64,000 nucleotides of DNA from Candidatus Poribacteria bacterium (GTDB lineage Bacteria; Poribacteria; WGA-4E; PCPOR2b): assembly GCA_965198175.1 (NCBI GenBank), contig OZ240245.1, positions 2,848,001 through 2,912,000 on the forward strand, written 5' to 3'. The notes below the pieces were generated by a model. It was not told where the DNA came from and searched no databases. It worked only from the letters and a program-made list of their open reading frames with translations. Shown here piece after piece: positions 19,557 through 29,561 of this stretch. Position 1 is the first letter of the stretch, and each line of letters begins with the position of its first letter. Made by a program: the position numbers and the translations under genes.

Positions 19557-21314
19557 TTGAAGCATTACATTGTGATTTCGGTAGTTCTGACTTTCGCAGC
19601 ATTGTTGGCATACGCGGAAGAGCAGATTCTGTTTGTTTCCGGAGAAGTAAGGAAGTCTGAGATATACAGGCAATTTCCCGGCGGCCAAACCGAGAGACTC
19701 ACATTTAACTCCGGGAATGATGGCCATCCCGCGTTATCGCCCGATGGGACAAAGATGGCGTATTTCACGACTATCAATAGGGTATTTCAAATTGCCGTCC
19801 TCGACTTCGAGTCTGGCGAAAGCCAGCAACTTACATTTTCGCGTTGGCCCAAGAGCAATTTCCATCCAACCTGGTCGCCGGACGGAAGTCGAATCGCTTT
19901 TTCTTCAGAACAAGATGGCGACTTCGATATATATATCATGGACGCAAACGGCAAGAACGTGACAAATATGACCGACAACTCCTCTGGGGACGATGGTTCG
20001 CCCCATTGGTCACCGGTGAGCCAGAAGGTTGTGTTTACTTCTAATCGAGATGGTGCGGCAGATGAAATCTACCTGCTTGACGCACAGACCGGGATTCAGC
20101 GAAGGCTCACAACCTCATCATATGGTGCGGGATATCCCAAATGGTCGCCGAAAGGGTCACTGATTGCCTACCTTTCGGCGGAACGACCTGTGATTCCGCC
20201 GCTGACTTGGGCGATTTGGCGTGTGAAAGCGGATGGTACAAATCTCGAGGCATTGGTGACTGAAGGCGACAGAAACTCGCACCCCAAATACTCTCCTGAT
20301 GGAAAGCGAATTGCGTTTGTGTCTGAGAAAGACTCTAATACGGACATTTATGCTTTGAACCTCGAAACCCAAGAGGTAACCCGTTTAACAATACACCTTG
20401 GCTACGACTCGCACCCTGATTGGTCTCCAGGCGGAGAACAGATCGCCTTTGTTTCCGGCAGAGACGGGAATCGCGACGTGTTCACCATGACCGTCAACCA
20501 AGAGCAGTTAACCAATCTGACCAAGAGTGTTATGGCTGAGTATTATCCCACTTGGTCCCCAGACGGAGAAAAAATCGCTTTCAGTCGGAGGATGGGGGAT
20601 ACTAGTACCAAGATTTACGTGATAGATAGCAGCGGAGAAAACGAAATCAAACTAGTTGACCTGCCGTTTTTCAACATCTATCCGATATGGTCGCCGCGTG
20701 GGGACAAGATCGCTTTTGTGAATCGACCAGAACGGGGAGATCCAGTCTTCCGAATCTATACGGTTGACCCTGATGGACAAAACCTCCAAATGAAATATGA
20801 AAATCAGGAAGAAGACCAGGCTCCCGGAATCTCTTGGTCAGGTGATGGGAATCAAATTATTTTCAGTCGAGATGGCGGTCGAATCGCCGTTCTCGATACG
20901 GTGACACGCGAAGTCCGCATAATAAATTTGCCGGTGTTCGGCCCCCATGACCCCAATTGGTCACCTAACGGCCAAGACATTACTTTTTCATCGCTCTTGC
21001 AGACAGCCGAAGCCTTCGAGCCGCGCTCCGGCGTCTTCATCATCGATCGCGACGGGAATCCCGTACGTACAATTTTGACGGACATGCCGGATTCAACACA
21101 CTACGGACTAGCTTGGTCACCCGACGGAAATAAAATCCTCTTCGGTGGTGACGATGGGATATACACACTTGACTTGGATAGTGAAGCCATTGAGCTGTTC
21201 ATCGAATCTGCGAGTGGACCGGATTGGCAGGATCCGTCTCTCCCCCGCTCTGTCACTCCACGTAATAAGCCGAACACGACGTGGGGCGAGATGAAAAAGA
21301 GTGACAAACGTTGA
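19557..21314 (+). CDS. Secreted TolB-like/PD40 beta-propeller protein, close paralog of 17673..19421
   Basis: TTG start after AGGAGG; collinear with the previous gene; ends SVTPRNKPNTTWGEMKK. Confidence 0.88.
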   Translation: MKHYIVISVVLTFAALLAYAEEQILFVSGEVRKSEIYRQFPGGQTERLTFNSGNDGHPALSPDGTKMAYFTTINRVFQIAVLDFESGESQQLTFSRWPKSNFHPTWSPDGSRIAFSSEQDGDFDIYIMDANGKNVTNMTDNSSGDDGSPHWSPVSQKVVFTSNRDGAADEIYLLDAQTGIQRRLTTSSYGAGYPKWSPKGSLIAYLSAERPVIPPLTWAIWRVKADGTNLEALVTEGDRNSHPKYSPDGKRIAFVSEKDSNTDIYALNLETQEVTRLTIHLGYDSHPDWSPGGEQIAFVSGRDGNRDVFTMTVNQEQLTNLTKSVMAEYYPTWSPDGEKIAFSRRMGDTSTKIYVIDSSGENEIKLVDLPFFNIYPIWSPRGDKIAFVNRPERGDPVFRIYTVDPDGQNLQMKYENQEEDQAPGISWSGDGNQIIFSRDGGRIAVLDTVTREVRIINLPVFGPHDPNWSPNGQDITFSSLLQTAEAFEPRSGVFIIDRDGNPVRTILTDMPDSTHYGLAWSPDGNKILFGGDDGIYTLDLDSEAIELFIESASGPDWQDPSLPRSVTPRNKPNTTWGEMKKSDKR

Positions 21315-21432
21315 TACGATTTGTATAATACAATCACCTGAACAACGCTTTGTACGACGATTGCATTTTTGCACGCAAATGTAACACACATTGCACTTCA
21401 TGTTTCACATCTCAAGTCATACGGAGGGATGC

Positions 21433-22011
21433 ATGTTACCAGTCTCAGAAGCGATTCAATCGCGTCGCACGATTTTTCATTTTAAACCCGAACAGGTGGC
21501 ACGGGATGTTCTTGAAGAGGTGCTCGCCGCTGGAATTTGGGCGCCCAATCACCGTCTAACCGAGCCGTGGCGCTTTACCGTCATCGGCGAACAAACGAAG
21601 CTGAAACTCGCAGAGCGGTATCGCCAGATTCAGATTGAAAAAGTTGCTAACAACGTAGATGTTGACGAAACTGCTATTGCGAAGGTGGGCGAGAAAGGCT
21701 TCCAGAAGTTTATGTCAAAGCCGACGGTCATTGCGGTTTATTGTCTGCAGGAAGGGGACGAGCAGCAGCGACGAGAGGACTACGCTGCGGCGTGCTGTGC
21801 TATGTATTGCATCCAACTCGCAGGATGGGAGCGGGGCATCGGGATGCAGTGGAGTACCGGCCCCATTACGCAAGACCGGAACACCTACGAGCTTCTCGGT
21901 ATCGACGCCGACCGGGAGTACATCGTTGGATTCTGCTATGTGGGCTACCCGGCTGAAGTGCCAACCCCAAGGCGGAAGCCCTTGAACGACGTACTGCACT
22001 GGACAGTATAA
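21433..22011 (+). CDS. Nitroreductase family protein (YdjA-like)
   Basis: AIQSRRTI, APNHRLTEPWRF, GIGMQWSTG; GGAGG RBS. Confidence 0.85.
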   Translation: MLPVSEAIQSRRTIFHFKPEQVARDVLEEVLAAGIWAPNHRLTEPWRFTVIGEQTKLKLAERYRQIQIEKVANNVDVDETAIAKVGEKGFQKFMSKPTVIAVYCLQEGDEQQRREDYAAACCAMYCIQLAGWERGIGMQWSTGPITQDRNTYELLGIDADREYIVGFCYVGYPAEVPTPRRKPLNDVLHWTV

Positions 22012-22073
22012 GTCCAACCCCGGTGCCCGTTTGACTATTACAAGATCGGGTAGGGTCGGAGAACTTAAACAGA

Positions 22074-23552
22074 ATGAACGAATACGATCTAACGATCATC
22101 GGCGGTGGCAGCGCCGGACTAGTTCTAGCAGTCGCGAGCGCCAAGCTGGGAAAGAAGACGGCTCTCGTTGAAAAGCATAGATTGGGCGGGGATTGCCTGT
22201 GGACGGGGTGTGTGCCATCAAAGGCGTTCCTGAAATCCGCGCACATCGCCCATCACATGAAGGCAGCCGGAAAGTATGGGATCACGGTCAAAGGCGTTGA
22301 GGTCGATTTTGAGCGTGTCATGCAGCACGTCCGAAGCGCACAAGAGACCATTGAGCGCGAACACGATAATCCAGAGCGATTCCGCGATATGGGCGTGGAA
22401 GTCATCTTCGGCAGCGGGCGTTTTGACTCACCGAAGTCCTTCATCGTCGAAGACCTAAAGAAGCGGCAAACAACGACGCTCAAGAGTAAGAAGTTCGTGA
22501 TTTCCACAGGATCTCGCCCGGCTGCCCCTCCGATTCCCGGAATTGAATCCATCCGCCATCTGAACAGCGACAACATCTGGGAGTTGAATCGACTCCCCCG
22601 AAAACTCTTGGTGGCGGGCGCCGGACCAATTGGCGTCGAATTGGGACAAGCCTTCCACCGCTTGGGCGCCGAAATTGTAATCGTGCAGCGGAGTGATCGC
22701 ATACTGCCGAGGGAGGAGACCGTCGTTTCCGATCGGATGCTAGAGTACCTTCGGGCGGAAGGCATCACGATTTTCCGCAGCACCAATTTAATCGAAGTGA
22801 CAAATCTCACACCAAATCGAGTTGGAAACGGCAATCGTCTCGCCCCGACGTTAGGGAATTACAGAGTCGTGCTAGATATGCGTGGCGAGAAGCGAGAACT
22901 GACGGTAGATCAGATCTTGATTGCGACAGGGCGTAAGCCCAATGTCGAAGGATTAGGGCTTGAATCGATTGGTGTCCGGATTGGAAAAAGCGGAATTGAA
23001 GTCAACGCCAAGCTGCAAACGGCAGTCAAGAATATCTACGCTGCCGGCGATGTCGTCGGTCATTATCTGTTTACCCACGTCGCCGCATTCCAAGCTCATC
23101 AGATAATCCGCAATATCTTCTTTCCGGGTTCCAATTCGATAGATTACTCTGTTGTACCCTGGACGACATTCTGCGACCCAGAGGTAGCCCGGTGTGGACT
23201 GACCGAGGCGGACGCGCGGCGGACACACGGTGATGTCGATGTCTTTACCGTCGATTTCCGGAATGTGGACCGGGCGATTGCGGAGGGTGAGACGGAAGGG
23301 CTTATCAAGATTGTTGCCACAAAGTGGACCGGCAAGATTCTGGGAGTACATCTGATCGGCGCGCGTGCTGGGGAGATTCTCCACGAGTTTGTCTTAGCGA
23401 TGAAGGTAGGAATTCCGATGCGAAAGTTGGCTTCGTTGATACATGTCTATCCTACCTTTTCGAGCATCGTTTGGCAAGTTGCAGGCAAATGGCTTGCGGA
23501 AGGAACACTGCTCAAAACAGTGCGGCGCTTCCTTCGTAAGGGCGAGAAATAG
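22074..23552 (+). CDS. Class I pyridine nucleotide-disulfide oxidoreductase (MerA/lipoamide dehydrogenase-like)
   Basis: GGGSAG FAD motif, GGDCLWTGCVPSK redox disulfide, GAGPIG, IHVYPT; lacks the MerA C-terminal CC pair. Confidence 0.88.
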   Translation: MNEYDLTIIGGGSAGLVLAVASAKLGKKTALVEKHRLGGDCLWTGCVPSKAFLKSAHIAHHMKAAGKYGITVKGVEVDFERVMQHVRSAQETIEREHDNPERFRDMGVEVIFGSGRFDSPKSFIVEDLKKRQTTTLKSKKFVISTGSRPAAPPIPGIESIRHLNSDNIWELNRLPRKLLVAGAGPIGVELGQAFHRLGAEIVIVQRSDRILPREETVVSDRMLEYLRAEGITIFRSTNLIEVTNLTPNRVGNGNRLAPTLGNYRVVLDMRGEKRELTVDQILIATGRKPNVEGLGLESIGVRIGKSGIEVNAKLQTAVKNIYAAGDVVGHYLFTHVAAFQAHQIIRNIFFPGSNSIDYSVVPWTTFCDPEVARCGLTEADARRTHGDVDVFTVDFRNVDRAIAEGETEGLIKIVATKWTGKILGVHLIGARAGEILHEFVLAMKVGIPMRKLASLIHVYPTFSSIVWQVAGKWLAEGTLLKTVRRFLRKGEK

Positions 23553-23572
23553 TAGATTTACGATGTATGATT

Positions 23573-24727
23573 TTACTGGTCGTTTTCGTCTTGATGATGC
23601 CGTTGGAATAACTTATCGCCTATTTTGTCGAAAAAACCGGGATGTTCTCCGCCTACATGCTCGCCGCGTACTCGGGCGAACTCCGCCAACATCTCCTTTT
23701 CCCGATCTGACAAATGCGTCGGTGTTTCGATTCTGACCTTCACGATGCAATTCCCACGCCCATAGTGATTGTAGTGTGGAACACCTTTTCCAGGAATACG
23801 CAATCTTCCACCATATTGCGTTCCAGGTGGGATTGTTAGCGCGACAGGTCCATCAATTGTGGCAACTTCAATCTCGCCACCTAGCGCAGCTTGCGCAAAA
23901 GAGATTGTGGCTACCGTAACCAGTTCGTTTTCTTCCCGAACAAATCGGTCATGGGGGGTAACCTCAATTAAAACATAGAGATCGCCAGGCGGACCACCGT
24001 TAACCCCGGCCTCACCATCGCCGCGCAACTGAATCTTGAACCCGGTATCAACACCCTTGGGAATCGTCACTCTGATTTCTCGAGTCACCCGCACAACGCC
24101 TTGACCTTGACACGGTCTACACGGATGAGAAATGATTCGACCTTCACCACGACAACGTGAGCAGGTCTGCGACATGGAAAAAAAGCCTTGTGAACGCGTG
24201 ACTTGACCGCGTCCGTGGCAATCCGGGCAGGTTTGGGGGCTTGAACCGGGTTCGCTTCTTGCCCCATGGCATGTCTTACACGTTTCAAGACGCGGAACAT
24301 CAATAGTGGCTGCTTTTCCATTGATGACATCTTCTAGCGAAATCTGTAAGTGGTATTGTAGGCTACGTCCTCGTTTCGGAGCCGTTTGTCCATGGGAAGT
24401 CCCAGCCCCAAAGAAATCGCCCAAATCGCCGAAAATGTCCCCAACAATATCCTCAAAGTTTCCAAAATCAAACCCGAACCCACTAGATCTAATTGTACCT
24501 TCTACCCCTGCATGACCGAATTGATCGTAACGACCGCGCTTTTCAGGGTCACCTAGAACCTCATAAGCCTCAGTAGCCTCTCTAAAGCTCTCTTCTGCGT
24601 CTTTGTTGCCAGGGTTTTTATCCGGATGATATTTTATTGCGAGCTTTCGGTACGCTTTCTTAATCTCATCCTGACTCGCACCTCTGCCCACACTGAGCAC
24701 TTCATAGTAATCACGTTTGTCTCTCAT
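23573..24727 (-). CDS. dnaJ: Chaperone DnaJ
   Basis: J domain HPD, G/F region, four CxxCxG zinc-finger repeats. Confidence 0.97.
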   Translation of the reverse strand: MRDKRDYYEVLSVGRGASQDEIKKAYRKLAIKYHPDKNPGNKDAEESFREATEAYEVLGDPEKRGRYDQFGHAGVEGTIRSSGFGFDFGNFEDIVGDIFGDLGDFFGAGTSHGQTAPKRGRSLQYHLQISLEDVINGKAATIDVPRLETCKTCHGARSEPGSSPQTCPDCHGRGQVTRSQGFFSMSQTCSRCRGEGRIISHPCRPCQGQGVVRVTREIRVTIPKGVDTGFKIQLRGDGEAGVNGGPPGDLYVLIEVTPHDRFVREENELVTVATISFAQAALGGEIEVATIDGPVALTIPPGTQYGGRLRIPGKGVPHYNHYGRGNCIVKVRIETPTHLSDREKEMLAEFARVRGEHVGGEHPGFFDKIGDKLFQRHHQDENDQ

Positions 24728-24738
24728 GGAGATCTCCT

Positions 24739-26709
24739 CTATTGCTTATTAGAATTGTTCGCAGCTTTGCCATCAGACTGATCGGCGGTTTCCTCAACAT
24801 CTTCTCCTTCGACATCGACGATTGTTTCGTCGGTGTCCGTTTCTTCTGCTCGATTCTCCGTGTCCGTTCCCGCTTCAGCATCATTTTGCCCATCATCGGC
24901 AGTTGCAGCCTGGGAATACATGACTTCCGCTAACTTGTGGGAGGCATGCAGCAATGCCTCGGTATCGGTTCGAATCGTGTCGATGTCCTCGTCTTTCAGG
25001 CTCTCTTTCAGTTTCTGAATCGCACTTTCGATGGTGTTTCGATCGGCTTCAGAAACTTTATCGCCAAACTCCTGCAGGGATTTCTCCGTGCCATAGACTA
25101 AGGAATCAGCTCGGTTGCGAACTTCAACTGTCTCCTTTCTCTGTTGATCCTCTTCAGCATGAGCCTCGCCGTCCTTAAGCATCTGCTCAATCTCAGTTTC
25201 CGACAAGCCGCTGGAGGATTCAATTCGGATCTTTTGTTCCTTTCCGGTGCCCAGATCTTTCGCTGAGACATGAACAATGCCGTTGGCGTCGATATCAAAG
25301 GTCACTTCAATCTGGGGCACGCCGCGCGGTGCAGGAGGAATGCCAACCAAATCAAATCGTCCGAGCGTCCGGTTATAAACCGCCATTTCACGCTCCCCCT
25401 GCAAGACGTGTATATTGACAGCTTCTTGGTTGTCGGCAGCTGTCGAAAAAATTTGGGTTTTTCTCGTTGGAATCGTTGTATTCCGCTCAATGAGCCGGGT
25501 AAAGACCTGACCCAACGTCTCAATTCCGAGTGAGAGGGGCGTAACGTCGAGCAACAGAACATCTTTAACTCCTTCATCGCCGGATAGCACCCCAGCCTGA
25601 ATCGCAGCCCCGATTGCGACGACTTCGTCAGGATTCACGCCTTTGTGGGGCGCCTTCGCAAAAAACTGCTCAACCGTCTCCTGAACTTTCGGCATACGGG
25701 TTTGTCCGCCGACAAGCACAATTTCGTCAATCTCTGACGGACTCAATTCAGCATCCGCCATCGCTTGACGACAGGGCTCAATTGTTCGTTCGATCAGAGT
25801 CATGGTGAGTTGCTCAAGCTTGGCTCTGGTAAGCGTGATAGTCATATGCTTTGGACCACTTGCGTCCGCTGTGATAAAGGGCAGATTAACCTCCGACTGT
25901 AGCGCCGTAGATAGTTCGCACTTTGCTTTTTCAGCAGCTTCTTTCAGACGTTGGAGCGCCATGGGATCTTTGCGCAAATCAATGATATTGTCTTTGAGAA
26001 ATGACTCTGCCAACCAATCGACGATACACTGATCGAAGTCGTCGCCACCCAGATGCGTGTCTCCGTTGGTACTTTTCACTTCGAAAACGCCATCGCCGAT
26101 TTCAAGAATCGAGATGTCAAATGTCCCTCCCCCCAAATCATAGACCGCAATTTTTTCGTCCGATTTCTTATCCAATCCATAGACGAGTGAGGCGGCGGTC
26201 GGTTCATTGATGATCCGCAGTACCTCCAGCCCCGCTATGCGACCGGCGTCTTTGGTCGCCTGCCGCTGGGCATCGTTAAAATAGGCAGGAACGGTGATAA
26301 CAGCCTGTGATACGGTTTCACCGAGGTAGGATTCGGCGGTCTCTTTCATCTTTCGCAGGGTCATTGCCGATAATTCGAGAGGCGCATACTCCTGGTCACC
26401 AATCCTAACTTTTGCTTCCTGATTGGGGCCCCCAATGACTTGATAAGACACTCGCTCGATTTCTTGCGTTACTTCATCATAACGTCTCCCCATGAAACGC
26501 TTGACAGAAAAGACGGTGTTCTCCGGATTGGTCACAGCTTGTCTTTTCGCAACTTGTCCCACAACTCGTTCGTCATCTTTAGTAAAAGCAACCACAGACG
26601 GCGTTGTACGGCTTCCCTCAGCATTCGGGATAACCTTAGGTTCGCCTCCCTCCAAAACTGCGACACACGAGTTAGTCGTACCAAGGTCTATTCCGATCAC
26701 TTTACTCAT
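24739..26709 (-). CDS. dnaK: Chaperone DnaK
   Basis: [40 protein letters not shown]. Confidence 0.98.
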   Translation of the reverse strand: MSKVIGIDLGTTNSCVAVLEGGEPKVIPNAEGSRTTPSVVAFTKDDERVVGQVAKRQAVTNPENTVFSVKRFMGRRYDEVTQEIERVSYQVIGGPNQEAKVRIGDQEYAPLELSAMTLRKMKETAESYLGETVSQAVITVPAYFNDAQRQATKDAGRIAGLEVLRIINEPTAASLVYGLDKKSDEKIAVYDLGGGTFDISILEIGDGVFEVKSTNGDTHLGGDDFDQCIVDWLAESFLKDNIIDLRKDPMALQRLKEAAEKAKCELSTALQSEVNLPFITADASGPKHMTITLTRAKLEQLTMTLIERTIEPCRQAMADAELSPSEIDEIVLVGGQTRMPKVQETVEQFFAKAPHKGVNPDEVVAIGAAIQAGVLSGDEGVKDVLLLDVTPLSLGIETLGQVFTRLIERNTTIPTRKTQIFSTAADNQEAVNIHVLQGEREMAVYNRTLGRFDLVGIPPAPRGVPQIEVTFDIDANGIVHVSAKDLGTGKEQKIRIESSSGLSETEIEQMLKDGEAHAEEDQQRKETVEVRNRADSLVYGTEKSLQEFGDKVSEADRNTIESAIQKLKESLKDEDIDTIRTDTEALLHASHKLAEVMYSQAATADDGQNDAEAGTDTENRAEETDTDETIVDVEGEDVEETADQSDGKAANNSNKQ

Positions 26710-27418
26710 TCGATTCTTCCTCCTTTTCGCCTTCAGCAACCGGTGATGTGTCTTCCTCCTCGTGCTTACCCCTAGAAACTGATACCATTGATGGACGAAT
26801 CACGCGATCATGCAGCAGATACCCGCGTTGAAACTCCTCAATCACTGCGTTTTCCGGGACATCATCCGATTCAATGTGCATCATCGCCTCGTGGAGTTTG
26901 GGATCGAATGGTTCACCTTTGGCTTCAATCACCGCTACACCGCGCTTTTTAAGTAAATCATCAAGTTGTTTGTGGATCAATTGGATTCCTTCGTTGAGGG
27001 AATCAAAATCTTTCGACGCTTTTGCGGATTCGATGCCTCGTTCTATGTTGTCCACAACTGGTATTAAATCTTTGATGACGCCCTCGACTGCATACTTAAA
27101 GAACTCTGCCTTCTCACGTTCCGCACGCTTTTTTGAATTTTCATAGTCGGCAATCGTGCGAAGCATTCGATCAGAGCGCTCCTCATTCTCCGCTTTTACG
27201 CGATCCAGCTTCTCTTTCATCTGAGCAAATTCCTCGGCTGAAGGCGGGGCTTCCTGTTCAGATTCCGTTTCGACTTCACCGTCACTAGAATCCTCTGAGG
27301 CTTCTGGTCCAGTTGGCGTCACTTCGTCGGTTGAATCTGCTTGAGCGTCTTGAACGCATTCTTCCGATGTTGGTTTTTGGACTTCTGGTTCTGTTTGTAC
27401 CTCATTTGCTTCTGACAT
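26702..27418 (-). CDS. grpE: Nucleotide exchange factor GrpE
   Basis: [33 protein letters not shown]; operon position. Confidence 0.95.
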   Translation of the reverse strand: MSEANEVQTEPEVQKPTSEECVQDAQADSTDEVTPTGPEASEDSSDGEVETESEQEAPPSAEEFAQMKEKLDRVKAENEERSDRMLRTIADYENSKKRAEREKAEFFKYAVEGVIKDLIPVVDNIERGIESAKASKDFDSLNEGIQLIHKQLDDLLKKRGVAVIEAKGEPFDPKLHEAMMHIESDDVPENAVIEEFQRGYLLHDRVIRPSMVSVSRGKHEEEDTSPVAEGEKEEESNE

Positions 27419-27459
27419 TGTATCACCTCGTATTAATGCTTTAAATTAGTAATGCTGGG

Positions 27460-28515
27460 CTATGGCGCCTTTCGGAGATGTTGGCCAATGACCTGTGCGG
27501 TAAATCTGACGATTGAAACGACACGCGAATATTCCATTCGTGTCGGTCCAATGACCCCTATGGTCCCGAGCGAATCGCCCTGAACGCGAAAAGTAGATTG
27601 CACGATACTGCACATCTCCATTCCTTCACACCTGTTTTCGCTCCCAATAAGCACTTGAATCTCAGGATTGTCCTTTTGCGGCGAGAGGAGGTCTGCAACC
27701 CGATCCTTTTGCTCCAAAAAACGAAATAGTGGTTCAATCTGTTCCACTTCTAAAAATTCAGGCTGACCGAAAAAATTGGAAGTGCCATCCAGATAAACGT
27801 GGATTTCCCTATCCAGCGAAAAGGTGTTGCGCGTCAATACTGCGATGGGGTCTGACAAATCCCGATCGAAAATCGCTTTCAGTTTTATGGGGCTTTGTGA
27901 AATTTGTTGTATCTCGCCCAAGGACAATCCCGCTAACTTTTCATTCAGTATTCCGCTGATCCGATAGATATCTGCATTGGATAAGCTTTTATAGATGGAA
28001 ACAACCTGATTCTTGACAAGCCCTGAAGTCGTAATCAAAACAACAACGACCTTTTGGGTATCAAGCGGAATGAGTTCTAGACGCCGCAGAATGCCTTCGT
28101 GCAGTTGGGGACTTAATGCAACACCGATATAATGAGAAATTTGGGATAAAATCTTAGAAGTTTGTTCGATGGTTTCTTCAAAATCGAGTTTTGATGAGGC
28201 GTACCATTGCCGGATGAATCGTCGCTCTTCATCGCTTAACCGCTGAGTTGTCATCATATTATCGACGTACACGCGATAGCCGAGTTCCGTTGGGATTCGC
28301 CCCGCAGAGGTATGGGGTTGAGACAAGTAGCCAAACTCTCCGAGTTGTGCCATCGTATTCCGAATTGTTGCTGGACTTAACTTCAGGCCGTATTGCCGGG
28401 CAATTGTCCGAGAGCTAACAGGCTTCGCTGTCCGATTATAGCAGTTAATAGTCGCTTCGAGCACCTCACGTTTTCGGCGATTAAGCACAGCGGTTGTCAC
28501 AGGTGTCGCCCCCAT
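27460..28515 (-). CDS. hrcA: Heat-inducible transcription repressor HrcA
   Basis: PVSSR, LSPATIRN, QPHTSAGRIPT, GVIGPTRMEY; start uncertain (ATG 28515 or GTG 28500). Confidence 0.95.
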   Translation of the reverse strand: MGATPVTTAVLNRRKREVLEATINCYNRTAKPVSSRTIARQYGLKLSPATIRNTMAQLGEFGYLSQPHTSAGRIPTELGYRVYVDNMMTTQRLSDEERRFIRQWYASSKLDFEETIEQTSKILSQISHYIGVALSPQLHEGILRRLELIPLDTQKVVVVLITTSGLVKNQVVSIYKSLSNADIYRISGILNEKLAGLSLGEIQQISQSPIKLKAIFDRDLSDPIAVLTRNTFSLDREIHVYLDGTSNFFGQPEFLEVEQIEPLFRFLEQKDRVADLLSPQKDNPEIQVLIGSENRCEGMEMCSIVQSTFRVQGDSLGTIGVIGPTRMEYSRVVSIVRFTAQVIGQHLRKAP

Positions 28516-28526
28516 CTCTTGAAAGG

Positions 28527-28553
28527 TTAGCACTCTACGATTGAGAGTGCTAA
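28527..28553. promoter_or_regulatory. CIRCE operator
   Basis: Exact TTAGCACTC-N9-GAGTGCTAA immediately upstream of hrcA. Confidence 0.97.
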
Positions 28554-28561
28554 TTCCAGTA

Positions 28562-28591
28562 ACGATACCATTTTCTTCTCCGATTTGTCAA
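28562..28591 (-). promoter_or_regulatory. Sigma-70-type promoter of hrcA operon
   Basis: TTGACA-N18-TATCGT with TG extension, just upstream of CIRCE. Confidence 0.65.
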
Positions 28592-28736
28592 GCAAAAAGG
28601 ACAAATCCCTGAGCCAGAGCCAACAACAAGGATAACTAGACCCCTCTATCTGAGCACCTCTGAAACCCTATCTTATATAGGTCAATGTATCTATCGTGTG
28701 CATTTCAATGACGCTGGATTCCTTGTGAATTCATGC

Positions 28737-29525
28737 CTATCCATGGGTTGCATCGGCAAATTGTTTCATCAACGAAATAGAGTTCTTCTGCTCAATGACG
28801 TTTCCCGTCACGATAAAATCCGCCCCAGCGTTGACCTTTGCGACAGCCATCTCTGGCGTCGTGATTCCTCCTCCTACTATGATAGGGATCGTGACATGTT
28901 TGCGAACTGCGCCGATTATTTCATCTGGAACGGGTAGCTTTGCGCCGCTGCCAGCCTCAAGATAGACAAACTTCATACCGAGATATTCTGCAGCGAGGGC
29001 GTGTGCCCACGCAATGTCCAATTTATCACGCGGGAGCGGGGCGGTTCCACTCATGACTTCAACCGATGTAGCGGTACCTCCATCAATAAGCATATACCCT
29101 GTGGATATCGCCTCAATACCACAGCGGTGAATCAATGGCGCCGCTTTAACCTGTTCGCCGATTAGAAAATTGGCATTCCGACCACTAATAAGGCTTAGAT
29201 ATAAGATGGCATCCGCATGTTGGGAGAGGTGCATTGAGTCGCCGGGGAATACAATAATCGGTAGAACTGTCTCATCCCGCAGCGCCTCCGCAACCGGGTC
29301 AAGGTCGTTTGTCAAAAGGCTGCTCCCGAGCAACAGAGCATCCGCTCCTGCATTTTCCGCTTGACGAGCTAAATGAATGCTGTCGGCGATGGAATGCCGA
29401 TCCGGGTCTATGAGTACTAGATAGCCTGCTCTGCATCTTGTCAGAACTCTCAGTAAGTAATCTAAGACGGAACCTGATTTCATAGGGCTAGGTATTGGGC
29501 GATCTTTTTTTTCCAAATTTCTCAC
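28737..29525 (-). CDS. Geranylgeranylglyceryl phosphate (GGGP) synthase, group II-like
   Basis: LIDPD, FPG...ADAILYLSLISGRN, TGYMLIDGG, YLEAGSGA, VGGGI, VTGN; start GTG 29525 or ATG 29483. Confidence 0.9.
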   Translation of the reverse strand: MRNLEKKDRPIPSPMKSGSVLDYLLRVLTRCRAGYLVLIDPDRHSIADSIHLARQAENAGADALLLGSSLLTNDLDPVAEALRDETVLPIIVFPGDSMHLSQHADAILYLSLISGRNANFLIGEQVKAAPLIHRCGIEAISTGYMLIDGGTATSVEVMSGTAPLPRDKLDIAWAHALAAEYLGMKFVYLEAGSGAKLPVPDEIIGAVRKHVTIPIIVGGGITTPEMAVAKVNAGADFIVTGNVIEQKNSISLMKQFADATHG

Positions 29526-29561
29526 GCTGTCATTGGATCTGATGGAAATAGATGATTTACG

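Noticed and set aside
22074..23552. Mercuric reductase MerA call
   Set aside because: No C-terminal Cys-Cys pair, no NmerA domain, no mer genes nearby
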